Of a stretch of 64,000 nucleotides of DNA, positions 35,944 through 45,538 are shown piece after piece. The first letter of the stretch is position 1; each line of letters begins with the position of its first letter. Source of the DNA: an uncultured Collinsella sp. (lineage in GTDB: Bacteria; Actinomycetota; Coriobacteriia; Coriobacteriales; Coriobacteriaceae). The stretch covers positions 17,235 to 81,234 of the forward strand of contig CABRFG010000001.1 of NCBI GenBank assembly GCA_902470095.1. The letters run 5' to 3'. The translations under genes were made by a program, and so were the position numbers. Below the pieces are notes generated by a model. The model saw nothing but the letters and a program-made list of their open reading frames with translations. It was not told where the DNA came from and did no database searches.

Positions 35944-36624
35944 CTACTCGGGCCAGATAAACTGGGTGCGGCCGGCCTCGCCGCCATCGATCAACAGGCT
36001 CTGCCCGGTCATAAACCGGTTGGTCATGCCCACAAAGTAGATCCACTCGGCGATCTCTTGGGCAGTGGCCCAGCGCTTAAGCGGCGTGAGCTCCATAATC
36101 TGGTTCCACAGGTGCTCGTCTTCCATCACACAACGGTTGAGCGGCGTGATAACGCCACCCGGGTCCACACTGTTGGCGATGGCCTGCGGCGCCAGGCGGT
36201 TTGCAAGGTTTTTGGTGTAGGCGATAACGCCGCCCTTGCTGGCAGCATAGGCGGGAAACTCCGATCCCGTATGCCCGCTCGCCGACCCCACATTGACCAC
36301 GGATTTAATAGCCGGCGTCGGCTTGGCGGCAAGCCCCTCCCCCACAAAGGCGTAACGCTCGGTCACGTTGATGGTTCCACACAGGTTGGCGGCGATGTCG
36401 TCGGCCGAATCCTGCGTACCGGCAACGTTGACGATTACCTGGGGTTCAAGGTCAACTGGAAACGAGTCCGGCTCGCGGACGTCAACGATCAGATGGCGGT
36501 AGCGCTCGTGTTCGATCGCCGCCGGCAGCAGATCAAAGCCCACGACCTCGTGGCCCTCGTCCAAGAAGCGCTGCACGCACGCGGCTCCGATACCGCCCGA
36601 AGCGCCCGTGATCAAAACCCGCAT
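35944..36624 (-). CDS. SDR-family oxidoreductase
   Basis: The N-terminus is MRVLITGASGGIGAA, with a YxxxK region (YAASKGG). Confidence 0.8.
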   Translation of the reverse strand: MRVLITGASGGIGAACVQRFLDEGHEVVGFDLLPAAIEHERYRHLIVDVREPDSFPVDLEPQVIVNVAGTQDSADDIAANLCGTINVTERYAFVGEGLAAKPTPAIKSVVNVGSASGHTGSEFPAYAASKGGVIAYTKNLANRLAPQAIANSVDPGGVITPLNRCVMEDEHLWNQIMELTPLKRWATAQEIAEWIYFVGMTNRFMTGQSLLIDGGEAGRTQFIWPE

Positions 36625-36633
36625 ACTTGCTCC

Positions 36634-37356
36634 TTAGGCGGTTGCGTGGCGCTCGAGGTACTCGGAGCCCACATTCTCACGCTCCCAGCCGCGCACGACC
36701 TTGTAGCCCACGGGGCTCAGGAAGACCTCGCACAGCAGCTCGGCGACAGCGCCGGTCAGCGAGCACATAAGGACCTGCACCCAGGTCCAACCAAAGAACG
36801 TGTGGCTCACTACAATGGCAAAGACCAGGTTGTCGACAAACTGGCCAACACCCGTGGACACATAGGAGCGGAAGGCGAAGCTCGCAAAGTTATTCTTTTT
36901 GAGCATACGGCCGAGCGACTGGTTGAGCGTGGAGTTAACCACGGCAGAAACGAGCATTGCCAGCGAAGAGCCCAGCACCACGTACCAGGTGCCACCGATG
37001 GTGGCGTTTAGGGCAGTGTTGACCTCGATCATGCCGGTGTCGTAGTAGGCGCCCCACATACCGGGCGTGAGCGAGCATGCCCAAAAGCACAGGCTCACGG
37101 CCAGGTTAACCAGCAGCGCGAGGATAGAAATTTTGATGGATGCCTTGGCGCCAAAGCGCTTGCAGATCATGTCCTGGCACAAAAACGAGACCCAGCTCAC
37201 CACAAAGCCACAGTCGAGCGCCAGATACGGCAGGCTGATAAGTTCTTTGTTGGCCAGCAGGTTCATCATGATGACGCTCACGAAAAACAGCGAAACCGTT
37301 GCCGCGGGGATGCTCCGCAACAGGACCTTGTAGTCCTCCATGACCTTCTTGATCAT
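36634..37356 (-). CDS. queuosine-precursor transporter (YhhQ/VUT family)
   Basis: 240 aa membrane protein. The blocks LANKELISLPYLALDCGFVVSWVSFLCQDMICKRFG and FVDNLVFAIV are YhhQ/DUF165-like. Confidence 0.75.
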   Translation of the reverse strand: MIKKVMEDYKVLLRSIPAATVSLFFVSVIMMNLLANKELISLPYLALDCGFVVSWVSFLCQDMICKRFGAKASIKISILALLVNLAVSLCFWACSLTPGMWGAYYDTGMIEVNTALNATIGGTWYVVLGSSLAMLVSAVVNSTLNQSLGRMLKKNNFASFAFRSYVSTGVGQFVDNLVFAIVVSHTFFGWTWVQVLMCSLTGAVAELLCEVFLSPVGYKVVRGWERENVGSEYLERHATA

Positions 37357-37512
37357 TATGTACTCCTTTGGTTTTAGGTTTAACGAGCAGGATATCGGAC
37401 CCGAACTGCTCGGACGCCCCGGCCTTGAGACGACGGTGGGTATGATAGCCGCTCACACGGCATCAGGCAAGCAAACGGCGCGGCAGCCCCGCAGGGCCAC
37501 CGCGCCGATGCG

Positions 37513-39126
<1,614 letters not shown>

Positions 39127-39265
39127 GCGGATCCTTTCTTGCATTGAGTGCATTACGTCGATGTAACCGCACTATTGTAGCCGCGAAATGCTGCAGCAGG
39201 GCACCTATCAGGACAAATTCATCAGTTGGGACCTGTGTAGCAGTCGATGGCGGCACTCCGCAGTA

Positions 39266-39406
39266 GTTTGTCTCGATCTGTAACATCTAGACGGTTTTTG
39301 AACCTCTACCTGTTACAGATTTAGACAAACAGGTGGGCGTCCCAGAAAGATCTCGATCTGTAACATCTAGCCACTCAAAACGGGTCCATCTGTTACAGAT
39401 TGAGAT
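39266..39406. repeat. two tandem hyphenated palindromes sharing TCTCGATCTGTAACATCTAG (candidate operators or paired hairpins)
   Basis: Unit 1 spans 39266..39330 with 20-nt arms (18/20 complementary) and a 25-nt spacer. Unit 2 spans 39350..39406 with 16-nt arms (15/16) and a 25-nt spacer. Both lie between divergent prfC and the YtrA-type operon. Confidence 0.7.
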
Positions 39407-39515
39407 GAATGAACGAGCGGACAATCCCTATTTCCTCTTGCGTAACTGTGCATAGTGTATATATACTGTGCTTACCGGTTATATACACGTGTAGCCCAAC
39501 AGCTAAGGAGCCGCT

Positions 39516-39896
39516 GTGGACATCATCCTATCCAACTCGAGCGATAAACCCATCTATGAGCAGATATCTTCGCAGGTTAAAGCTCAGATCCTTTCGGGCA
39601 CACTCACCGCGGGAGCCAAACTCCCCAGCATCCGTGCACTCGCGAGCGATCTTGGCGTGAGCGTCATCACCACCAAGCGGGCCTACGCCGACCTGGAGCA
39701 GCTCGGGTTTATCTGCACCGTGCAAGGCAAAGGCTGCTTTGTCGCCGAGGGCAACCAGGAGCTTTTGCGCGAAAACCAGCTCTGCCATATCGAAGAGCTA
39801 CTTGCGAAAGCGGCGAGCCAAGCCGAAGCCTTGGGCGTCACGCGCGACAAGCTGCACGAGATGCTCGACCTGGTAGCCCCCGAAACCATGCAGTAG
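39516..39896 (+). CDS. GntR-family (YtrA-subfamily, short) transcriptional regulator
   Basis: GTG start after AAGGAG. The translation KPIYEQISSQVKAQILSGTLTAGAKLPSIRALASDLGVSVITTKRAYADLE fits the family. 126 aa. Confidence 0.85.
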   Translation: MDIILSNSSDKPIYEQISSQVKAQILSGTLTAGAKLPSIRALASDLGVSVITTKRAYADLEQLGFICTVQGKGCFVAEGNQELLRENQLCHIEELLAKAASQAEALGVTRDKLHEMLDLVAPETMQ

Positions 39897-39919
39897 CCAT
39901 CTGCAAGAAAGGCTATACC

Positions 39920-40801
39920 ATGAAAAACTTGCTAGAACTTAAAGGTGCATCGCGCCGTGTGAGCGATCGTTTTTCGCTGCGTGATGTCACGCTTGCCGTG
40001 GAACCCGGCCAGATTGTTGGCTTTGTGGGCGCAAACGGCGCCGGCAAAACCACGACGATTCGAACCGCGCTCGGGCTTATAAAGCTCGATGCCGGCGAGG
40101 TGCACCTGTTTGGACAGCACTGTGGCGCCGACGCGCCCGATGAAACGCTGCGTTGCCTGCGCACTCGTGTCGGCCTCGTGCTGGACACATGCCCCTTCCC
40201 TTCCACACTCAAGGTGACCGAAGTTGAGGCACTCGTAAGCCCGGCATACCCCACCTGGAGCCACGACACTTTCTCCAGCCTCATCGACCGATTTGGCCTC
40301 GATCCCAAGGCAAAGGTCAAGGACCTCTCCCGCGGCATGGGCATGAAGCTGCAGCTTGCCTGCGCGCTCAGCCACAAGGCCAAACTGCTCGTTTTGGACG
40401 AAGCCACCGCGGGCCTCGATCCCATGGCACGCGAGGAGCTGCTTGATGAGCTGCTTGCCTTTGTCGCCGACGGCCAGCACAGTGTGCTGCTCTCGAGCCA
40501 CATTACATCCGACCTCGATCGCGCCGCTGATCGCGTCATCTGCATCGATAATGGCTCGATTATTTTTGACCTGCCGCGCGAGGATATTACCGACCGCGCT
40601 GGCATCGCCCACTGTACCCAAGCACAGGCCGCCGAGCTTATGGCTTGCGTCGAAGGTGCCCGCGCCGCCCGCCATGCCTACAGCGTGGACGTACTCGTAC
40701 CCAACCGTCGCGAAACACTCGAGGCCTTCCCAGAGATTCCCTGCGATCGGGCAACCATTGATGACTACCTGCGCTTCATGCTGAAAGGAGCTTCGAAATG
40801 A
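39920..40801 (+). CDS. ABC transporter ATP-binding protein
   Basis: Walker A is GANGAGKTT, the signature is LSRGMGMKL and Walker B is LLVLDEATAGLD. Confidence 0.85.
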   Translation: MKNLLELKGASRRVSDRFSLRDVTLAVEPGQIVGFVGANGAGKTTTIRTALGLIKLDAGEVHLFGQHCGADAPDETLRCLRTRVGLVLDTCPFPSTLKVTEVEALVSPAYPTWSHDTFSSLIDRFGLDPKAKVKDLSRGMGMKLQLACALSHKAKLLVLDEATAGLDPMAREELLDELLAFVADGQHSVLLSSHITSDLDRAADRVICIDNGSIIFDLPREDITDRAGIAHCTQAQAAELMACVEGARAARHAYSVDVLVPNRRETLEAFPEIPCDRATIDDYLRFMLKGASK

Positions 40802-41496
40802 AACGCGCCTTTATGTCCGAGCTCGCCATCGTTCGCACGCTCATCCCGAGCATCGCGGGCGTCGGCCTGTTTATATTCGTCGTGCTGACCCTCGCCAACA
40901 CGTCGGGCGGTGACTCTGGCACAAGTGCCGGTGCCTGCGCGGTCAGCGCCATGTCGCCCATCATGGTCATGAGCTCGCTGGCCGGCTTCGACAATCAAAA
41001 TGGCTGGGAGCGCTATCGGGCAACGCTGCCCTTCTCGCGCAAAGACATCATCTGCGCACGCTACCTGAGCGTTATTGTCTTCTCCGCCATCATGGCCTGC
41101 GCCGCCGTGCTTTTGAACATCATCGCCCTTCCGTTCTTCAACAGCGCGGGCGTGACCTCGACAGGACAGACCGTCTTTGAGATCGCAATCGCCCCCGCCG
41201 CATCGATGCTCATCTCCCTCATGATGGTGTTTTTGGCACAGCCGCTGTTCTTTCGCTTTGGACACATGGAGGCGCTGCGCCTATCCGTTGGCTTGTTTGC
41301 CCTGCTCTGGTGCCTTGCCATTGCCACGTTGAGCTCCTCCAACCCCATCAGCAACTGGCTCATGTCGATTGCCGGGGCGAATCCCGATCCCACCGTCCTT
41401 GGCTGTCTGTGTGCAGGAACTGCAGTACTGGCGCTCGCACTATGTGTAATCAGCTGCGCTGTCAGCACCAAGGTTTATCGAGCACGCGATCTGTAA
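40798..41496 (+). CDS. ABC-2-type transporter permease
   Basis: It overlaps the ATPase stop by 4 nt. The protein has 6 hydrophobic segments. This is the typical third gene of YtrA-like operons. Confidence 0.65.
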   Translation: MKRAFMSELAIVRTLIPSIAGVGLFIFVVLTLANTSGGDSGTSAGACAVSAMSPIMVMSSLAGFDNQNGWERYRATLPFSRKDIICARYLSVIVFSAIMACAAVLLNIIALPFFNSAGVTSTGQTVFEIAIAPAASMLISLMMVFLAQPLFFRFGHMEALRLSVGLFALLWCLAIATLSSSNPISNWLMSIAGANPDPTVLGCLCAGTAVLALALCVISCAVSTKVYRARDL

Positions 41497-41623
41497 TCGA
41501 CGGCTAAAAAAGCTTAGGTGGTACCCCGCTTATTTTTTCAATGTAACGAGGCGACATAGCGTCACCACCGCCCTTCACAGCAGGCCGTCTAGTTCTTGGC
41601 AACCAAAAAGACACCGTCAGCAT

Positions 41624-41809
41624 ATCGAAGGTGAATACTTTTCCGAGAAGTGAACGAGTAAAAACAGTGCCCTGTAGCATCGACATTTTTAAGGACTCAA
41701 TTCCTGCGGTTTTTGTCTAAGAATCCTGCAGTTTTGTTCGAAAAAAGTGTGCATGTTCCAGGGGTCCAGATTTACTCGTTCACTTCGCGGAAAACCATTC
41801 ACCTTCGAT
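41624..41809. mobile_element. 186-bp MITE-like element with terminal inverted repeats of about 50 nt
   Basis: IR-L at 41624..41674 and IR-R at 41759..41809 are about 37/40 complementary in the outer 40 nt. The core is AT-rich. A solo IR-like copy lies at 57805..57855. Confidence 0.55.
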
Positions 41810-41946
41810 TCGAGCCTTAACCAAATGCCCTCTCGAACTATGGCCCCTGTCTCACCACAGCGATACCAAAGCTTCATGGCGGGACGGTATCATCGGACGA
41901 GCGCCGTAAATCTGGCGCGGTCGTTCTTTGGGGAGGCATTTCACCC

Positions 41947-42822
41947 GTGTCGTGGGTCGCAGCAGCATTTGTGTCGGCTTTCTTTGCCGGCGTCACATCT
42001 GTCCTGGCCAAATGCGGCATCAAGCAGACCGACTCCGATGTCGCGACGGCCATTCGCACCTGCGTGGTGCTCGTTTTCGCCTGGGCAATGGCGGGCATTT
42101 CTGGATCCATTGGAACCATCGGCAGCATCGAACCCAGATCTTGGCTCTTTCTCGTCCTCTCGGGACTCGCTACCGGTGCTTCGTGGATCTGTTACTTTAA
42201 GGCGTTGGGCATCGGAGACGTCAATAAGGTCGTACCGGTCGACAAGATGAGCACCGTACTCGCTGCACTGATTGCCATCGTGCTTTTTGGCGAGACGAGC
42301 AACCTTGCGGTTAAGCTCGTGGGAACCGCTGTCATCACCCTCGGCACGTTTTTAATGATCGAAAAGAAGCAGTCTGCCGGACCCGAGCGGCAGCAAGACC
42401 GGACCTGGCTCGCTTACGCCCTCGGCGCCGCCGTGTTCGCGGCGCTCACGTCCATCCTTGCCAAGGTTGGCATCGAAGGCGTCGAGTCCAACCTGGCCAC
42501 GGCAATCCGTACCTGTGTGGTGCTGGTTATGGCATGGGCGATCGTGGCAGCTAAAGGCAAGATGGGCCAAGCCGTGCACGTAGACCGCTACGAACTCGTA
42601 TTTCTCGCGGCATCGGGCATTGCGACTGGCGCATCGTGGCTGCTGTGCTACTACGCCATCGCCACAGGCCAGGTGAGCGTCGTGGTGCAGATCGACAAAC
42701 TATCGATTGTCGTATCAGTACTATTTGCGCGCCTGACATTCAACGAAAAACTCTCACGACGCAGCGTCATCGGTCTCGCCCTCATCGTACTGGGCACCGC
42801 CGCGCTCGCAGTTTGGAAGTAG
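41947..42822 (+). CDS. EamA-family (DMT) transporter
   Basis: GTG start 10 nt after GGGGAGG. The two halves are homologous (both contain ATAIRTCVVLV). Confidence 0.75.
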   Translation: MSWVAAAFVSAFFAGVTSVLAKCGIKQTDSDVATAIRTCVVLVFAWAMAGISGSIGTIGSIEPRSWLFLVLSGLATGASWICYFKALGIGDVNKVVPVDKMSTVLAALIAIVLFGETSNLAVKLVGTAVITLGTFLMIEKKQSAGPERQQDRTWLAYALGAAVFAALTSILAKVGIEGVESNLATAIRTCVVLVMAWAIVAAKGKMGQAVHVDRYELVFLAASGIATGASWLLCYYAIATGQVSVVVQIDKLSIVVSVLFARLTFNEKLSRRSVIGLALIVLGTAALAVWK

Positions 42823-42916
42823 CGCCGATACCGAACGAAATCCAGTCCACCCGCAAATCCGTGACACAGCGCCCGCACCGGACTTGAGATGTTTGTACTG
42901 ACCGCGCGCTGCCGTG

Positions 42917-44206
42917 CTACTTGCGCAGCGGCTTGGGCAGTGGAATGCCGGCGGCGATGACGGCCGCGATGATCATGCAGACGATACCCTTGAGTGGGAA
43001 GCACATGAGCAGCAGGCCCACGACCATGACCGGCTGACGCATGACCGCACCCATCGTCGATGCCGTGCAGACGGCGACGCAAAAGACCGGATCGGCGCCG
43101 GTGAGAATGGCCAGGCCATAGCCCAGGCTTACGCCCGAGAAGATAACCGGGAAGAAGTGACCGCCGCGCCAGCCCAGGTTGATGAGGGCGGGCGTCAGCA
43201 TGGCCTTAACAAGACCGGTCGCGATAAGCACGCCAGCGGGAATGGTCAGGTAGGTTTCCATGAGCACGTCGGCCTGAGTCTCGCCGGCAAACATGGTGTA
43301 GGGCAGGACCGTGCCGCAGATGGCGAGCGCCAGACCGGCTAGCATGGCCTTGACGACAGGACGCTCCCCTATTGCATGGGCAAGCGCTTCGCTCGCGTGC
43401 TCAGAGACAAAGTACAGCCAGCCGCAGATTGTTCCGATCAACGACAGAGGGACGAGCCAGGTAAGCTCCAAGTTGCCCACCACGGCAGCCTCGAACCTGG
43501 GCATGCCCATGCCGCCGCCCATGAGCTGGCCGAGCAGCAGGTAGGTGCCCAGGCCGCCGGCAATCGCGATGCCGTAGACCACCGTCTTTTGCGCCTTGGG
43601 CAGCTTGATGGTGATCTCGCCGGACGCAGAGCCCTCGTCGCCGTCGGCGCTACCGGCAAGTGGTGCCACAAAGCCAAAGACGGGCGCGGTAAAGAGCGCC
43701 GTCAGGGCAGCCTGGGTACCCAGCAGCGTGAGCTCCCTAAACTCGGCGCCAAAGCGACGCATACGATCGCCAACCCAGCTGCACAGACCCGCGATAACGC
43801 CGGTCAGGCCGGCCTCCGGTCCAATACTTCCGCCAAACAGCAGCGGCAGCAACGCCGCGAGCGAAAGCTTGCCCAGGTTGTCGTACGGGTAGCGCCCGTC
43901 TTGCTTAACCTTAGCCATCACCTGGTTGAGGTCATCGGTCTTGGTGCCTGTCATCTTCTCGTACAGACCAATTAACAGACCGCCCAGCAAGCAGACAAAA
44001 AACGGGTACGGCAAAAAGCCAAACGGGCCGCCGGCAAGCTCGGGCGAAGCGACGCCCAGCGCGTGCGGAATCTCGGTCCACAGATAGTCGATACCGTGCT
44101 CCATCGCAAAAAAGAACAGCCAGACCGCGGCACCTGCGAACGCACCGGTCACGGCAACGCTAACTAAAAACAGCGCGCGGTTTGTGGGTTTGGCAAGGTT
44201 ATCCAT
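42917..44206 (-). CDS. ClC-family chloride channel / H+-Cl- antiporter
   Basis: Contains GSIGPEAG, the GMPR region and GGHFFPV motifs. 429 aa and polytopic. Confidence 0.8.
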   Translation of the reverse strand: MDNLAKPTNRALFLVSVAVTGAFAGAAVWLFFFAMEHGIDYLWTEIPHALGVASPELAGGPFGFLPYPFFVCLLGGLLIGLYEKMTGTKTDDLNQVMAKVKQDGRYPYDNLGKLSLAALLPLLFGGSIGPEAGLTGVIAGLCSWVGDRMRRFGAEFRELTLLGTQAALTALFTAPVFGFVAPLAGSADGDEGSASGEITIKLPKAQKTVVYGIAIAGGLGTYLLLGQLMGGGMGMPRFEAAVVGNLELTWLVPLSLIGTICGWLYFVSEHASEALAHAIGERPVVKAMLAGLALAICGTVLPYTMFAGETQADVLMETYLTIPAGVLIATGLVKAMLTPALINLGWRGGHFFPVIFSGVSLGYGLAILTGADPVFCVAVCTASTMGAVMRQPVMVVGLLLMCFPLKGIVCMIIAAVIAAGIPLPKPLRK

Positions 44207-44331
44207 CGGGTCCTCCCGCGGTCAAAGTCGACATAGTTATGTTTTATTGTAGAGCGAGCGTTGCCCGAACGAGCTAACCGTCTGCGCCGCAAACGGCACC
44301 ATTGGGAGCCATAGTGGGACAGGCTCAAGAC

Positions 44332-44865
44332 TTATCCGTTGATAATCGAGGCAATCTCGCGCAAATCGTCGGCAAAGTAAATGCCTTGCTGGCGCTGCGG
44401 GCTCGAAAGCCCTTTATCAATCATGTGCCCGAGCAGCGCCTTGAGGTCGTTGTAGTAACCGTCCAGGTTATACAGGATGCACGGAGCACTCAGGTGCCCC
44501 AACGACACCGCGGACATGACCTCGGCAATCTCCTCGAGCGTGCCCGTCCCGCCGGGAAAGGCGATGAACGCATCGCCGAGCTCGATCATCTTGGCTTTGC
44601 GCTCGGCCATATCACTCGTCACGATGAGGTCGTCGATACCGTCATGTTGAAACTCGGCCTCGATAAAAAAGCTCGGCTCCACACCCGTCACGTGTCCGCC
44701 AGCATCGAGCACGCTATCGGCGAGCGCACCCATCAGGCCCGATTTGGACCCGCCGTATACCAGCGCGTGTCCGTTGGCGCCAATCCAGTTGCCCAGCCCC
44801 TGCACCGCGGGCAGAAATGCTGGGTCGTTACCGACACTGGCGCCCAGATACACGGTGATATTCAT
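44332..44865 (-). CDS. LOG-family (TIGR00730) Rossmann-fold nucleotide-binding protein
   Basis: The blocks LVYGGSKSGLMG and AFPGGTGTLEEIAE are present. Confidence 0.85.
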   Translation of the reverse strand: MNITVYLGASVGNDPAFLPAVQGLGNWIGANGHALVYGGSKSGLMGALADSVLDAGGHVTGVEPSFFIEAEFQHDGIDDLIVTSDMAERKAKMIELGDAFIAFPGGTGTLEEIAEVMSAVSLGHLSAPCILYNLDGYYNDLKALLGHMIDKGLSSPQRQQGIYFADDLREIASIING

Positions 44866-44901
44866 ATTCAGTCCCCTTCATCGTGACGCACGGCGCCCGC
44901 T

Positions 44902-45327
44902 CTAGCGCTGGCGTCGACGATACTCGCGCACGCGACGCGAAAGATCGGCAAGCTCGTCACGATCGAGCTCTTCCAAATGCTCCAGATCATCCATAAAGCG
45001 CGCCATGGTGTCCTTTTGACGCATCTTGATAAGCGTATTGCAGTAGTTCACCGCCACGCCCGTGAGCATGGCGATGTAGAAGATGCTGATGACGCTCAAG
45101 ACGACGGTAATGGCGCGGGCAACCGGCGTTTCGGCCGGAATGTCACCAAAGCCGATGGTCGAGACCGTCTCAAAGCTAAACCACAGGCCATCGCCAAACG
45201 TGAGGGTCGTGGGCTCGGACAGCCAGACGGCCGTCGAGCACAGCAGATAGAAGACGAGGAACAGCTCCGTAATGCGCACAAAGCCCGCCTGGCGCAACAC
45301 GTCGGCAAGCGTCCTGAGCTTTTTCAT
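44902..45327 (-). CDS. two-TM potassium channel family protein
   Basis: Trimmed to the ATG at 45327 after GGAAGGGG. The selectivity filter is TVSTIGFGDI. Confidence 0.75.
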   Translation of the reverse strand: MKKLRTLADVLRQAGFVRITELFLVFYLLCSTAVWLSEPTTLTFGDGLWFSFETVSTIGFGDIPAETPVARAITVVLSVISIFYIAMLTGVAVNYCNTLIKMRQKDTMARFMDDLEHLEELDRDELADLSRRVREYRRRQR

Positions 45328-45396
45328 CGCGACCCCTTCCACGGACAACCAATCACGTTCGCTCGGTATTGTCCCACGCCTCCCCAGCAAACGGAA

Positions 45397-45452
45397 CTAG
45401 TCATTGGGGACGTTCTTAAATGACTAGTCAAACAAGAACGTCCCCGATGACT
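45397..45452. repeat. copy B (most compact) of the TAGTCATTGGGGACGTTCTT repeat family
   Basis: The sequence is CTAGTCATTGGGGACGTTCTTAAATGACTAGTCAAACAAGAACGTCCCCGATGACTG. Two alternative hairpins are possible: CTAGTCATT/AATGACTAG and GGGGACGTTCTT/AAGAACGTCCCC. Confidence 0.7.
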
Positions 45453-45538
45453 GCCGGGCGGGACCGTTTAGCGGTGCAGCTGCCGGCTGGGCAGGCTGAG
45501 CTGGTATCCTTATGCGGTAATGTCTCGATTCGTTAGGA

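Noticed and set aside
39266-39406. Repeated 20-mers, considered as a mini CRISPR array
   Set aside because: There are only two units, each is itself a long hyphenated palindrome, and the so-called spacers are the palindrome interiors. No cas genes are present.
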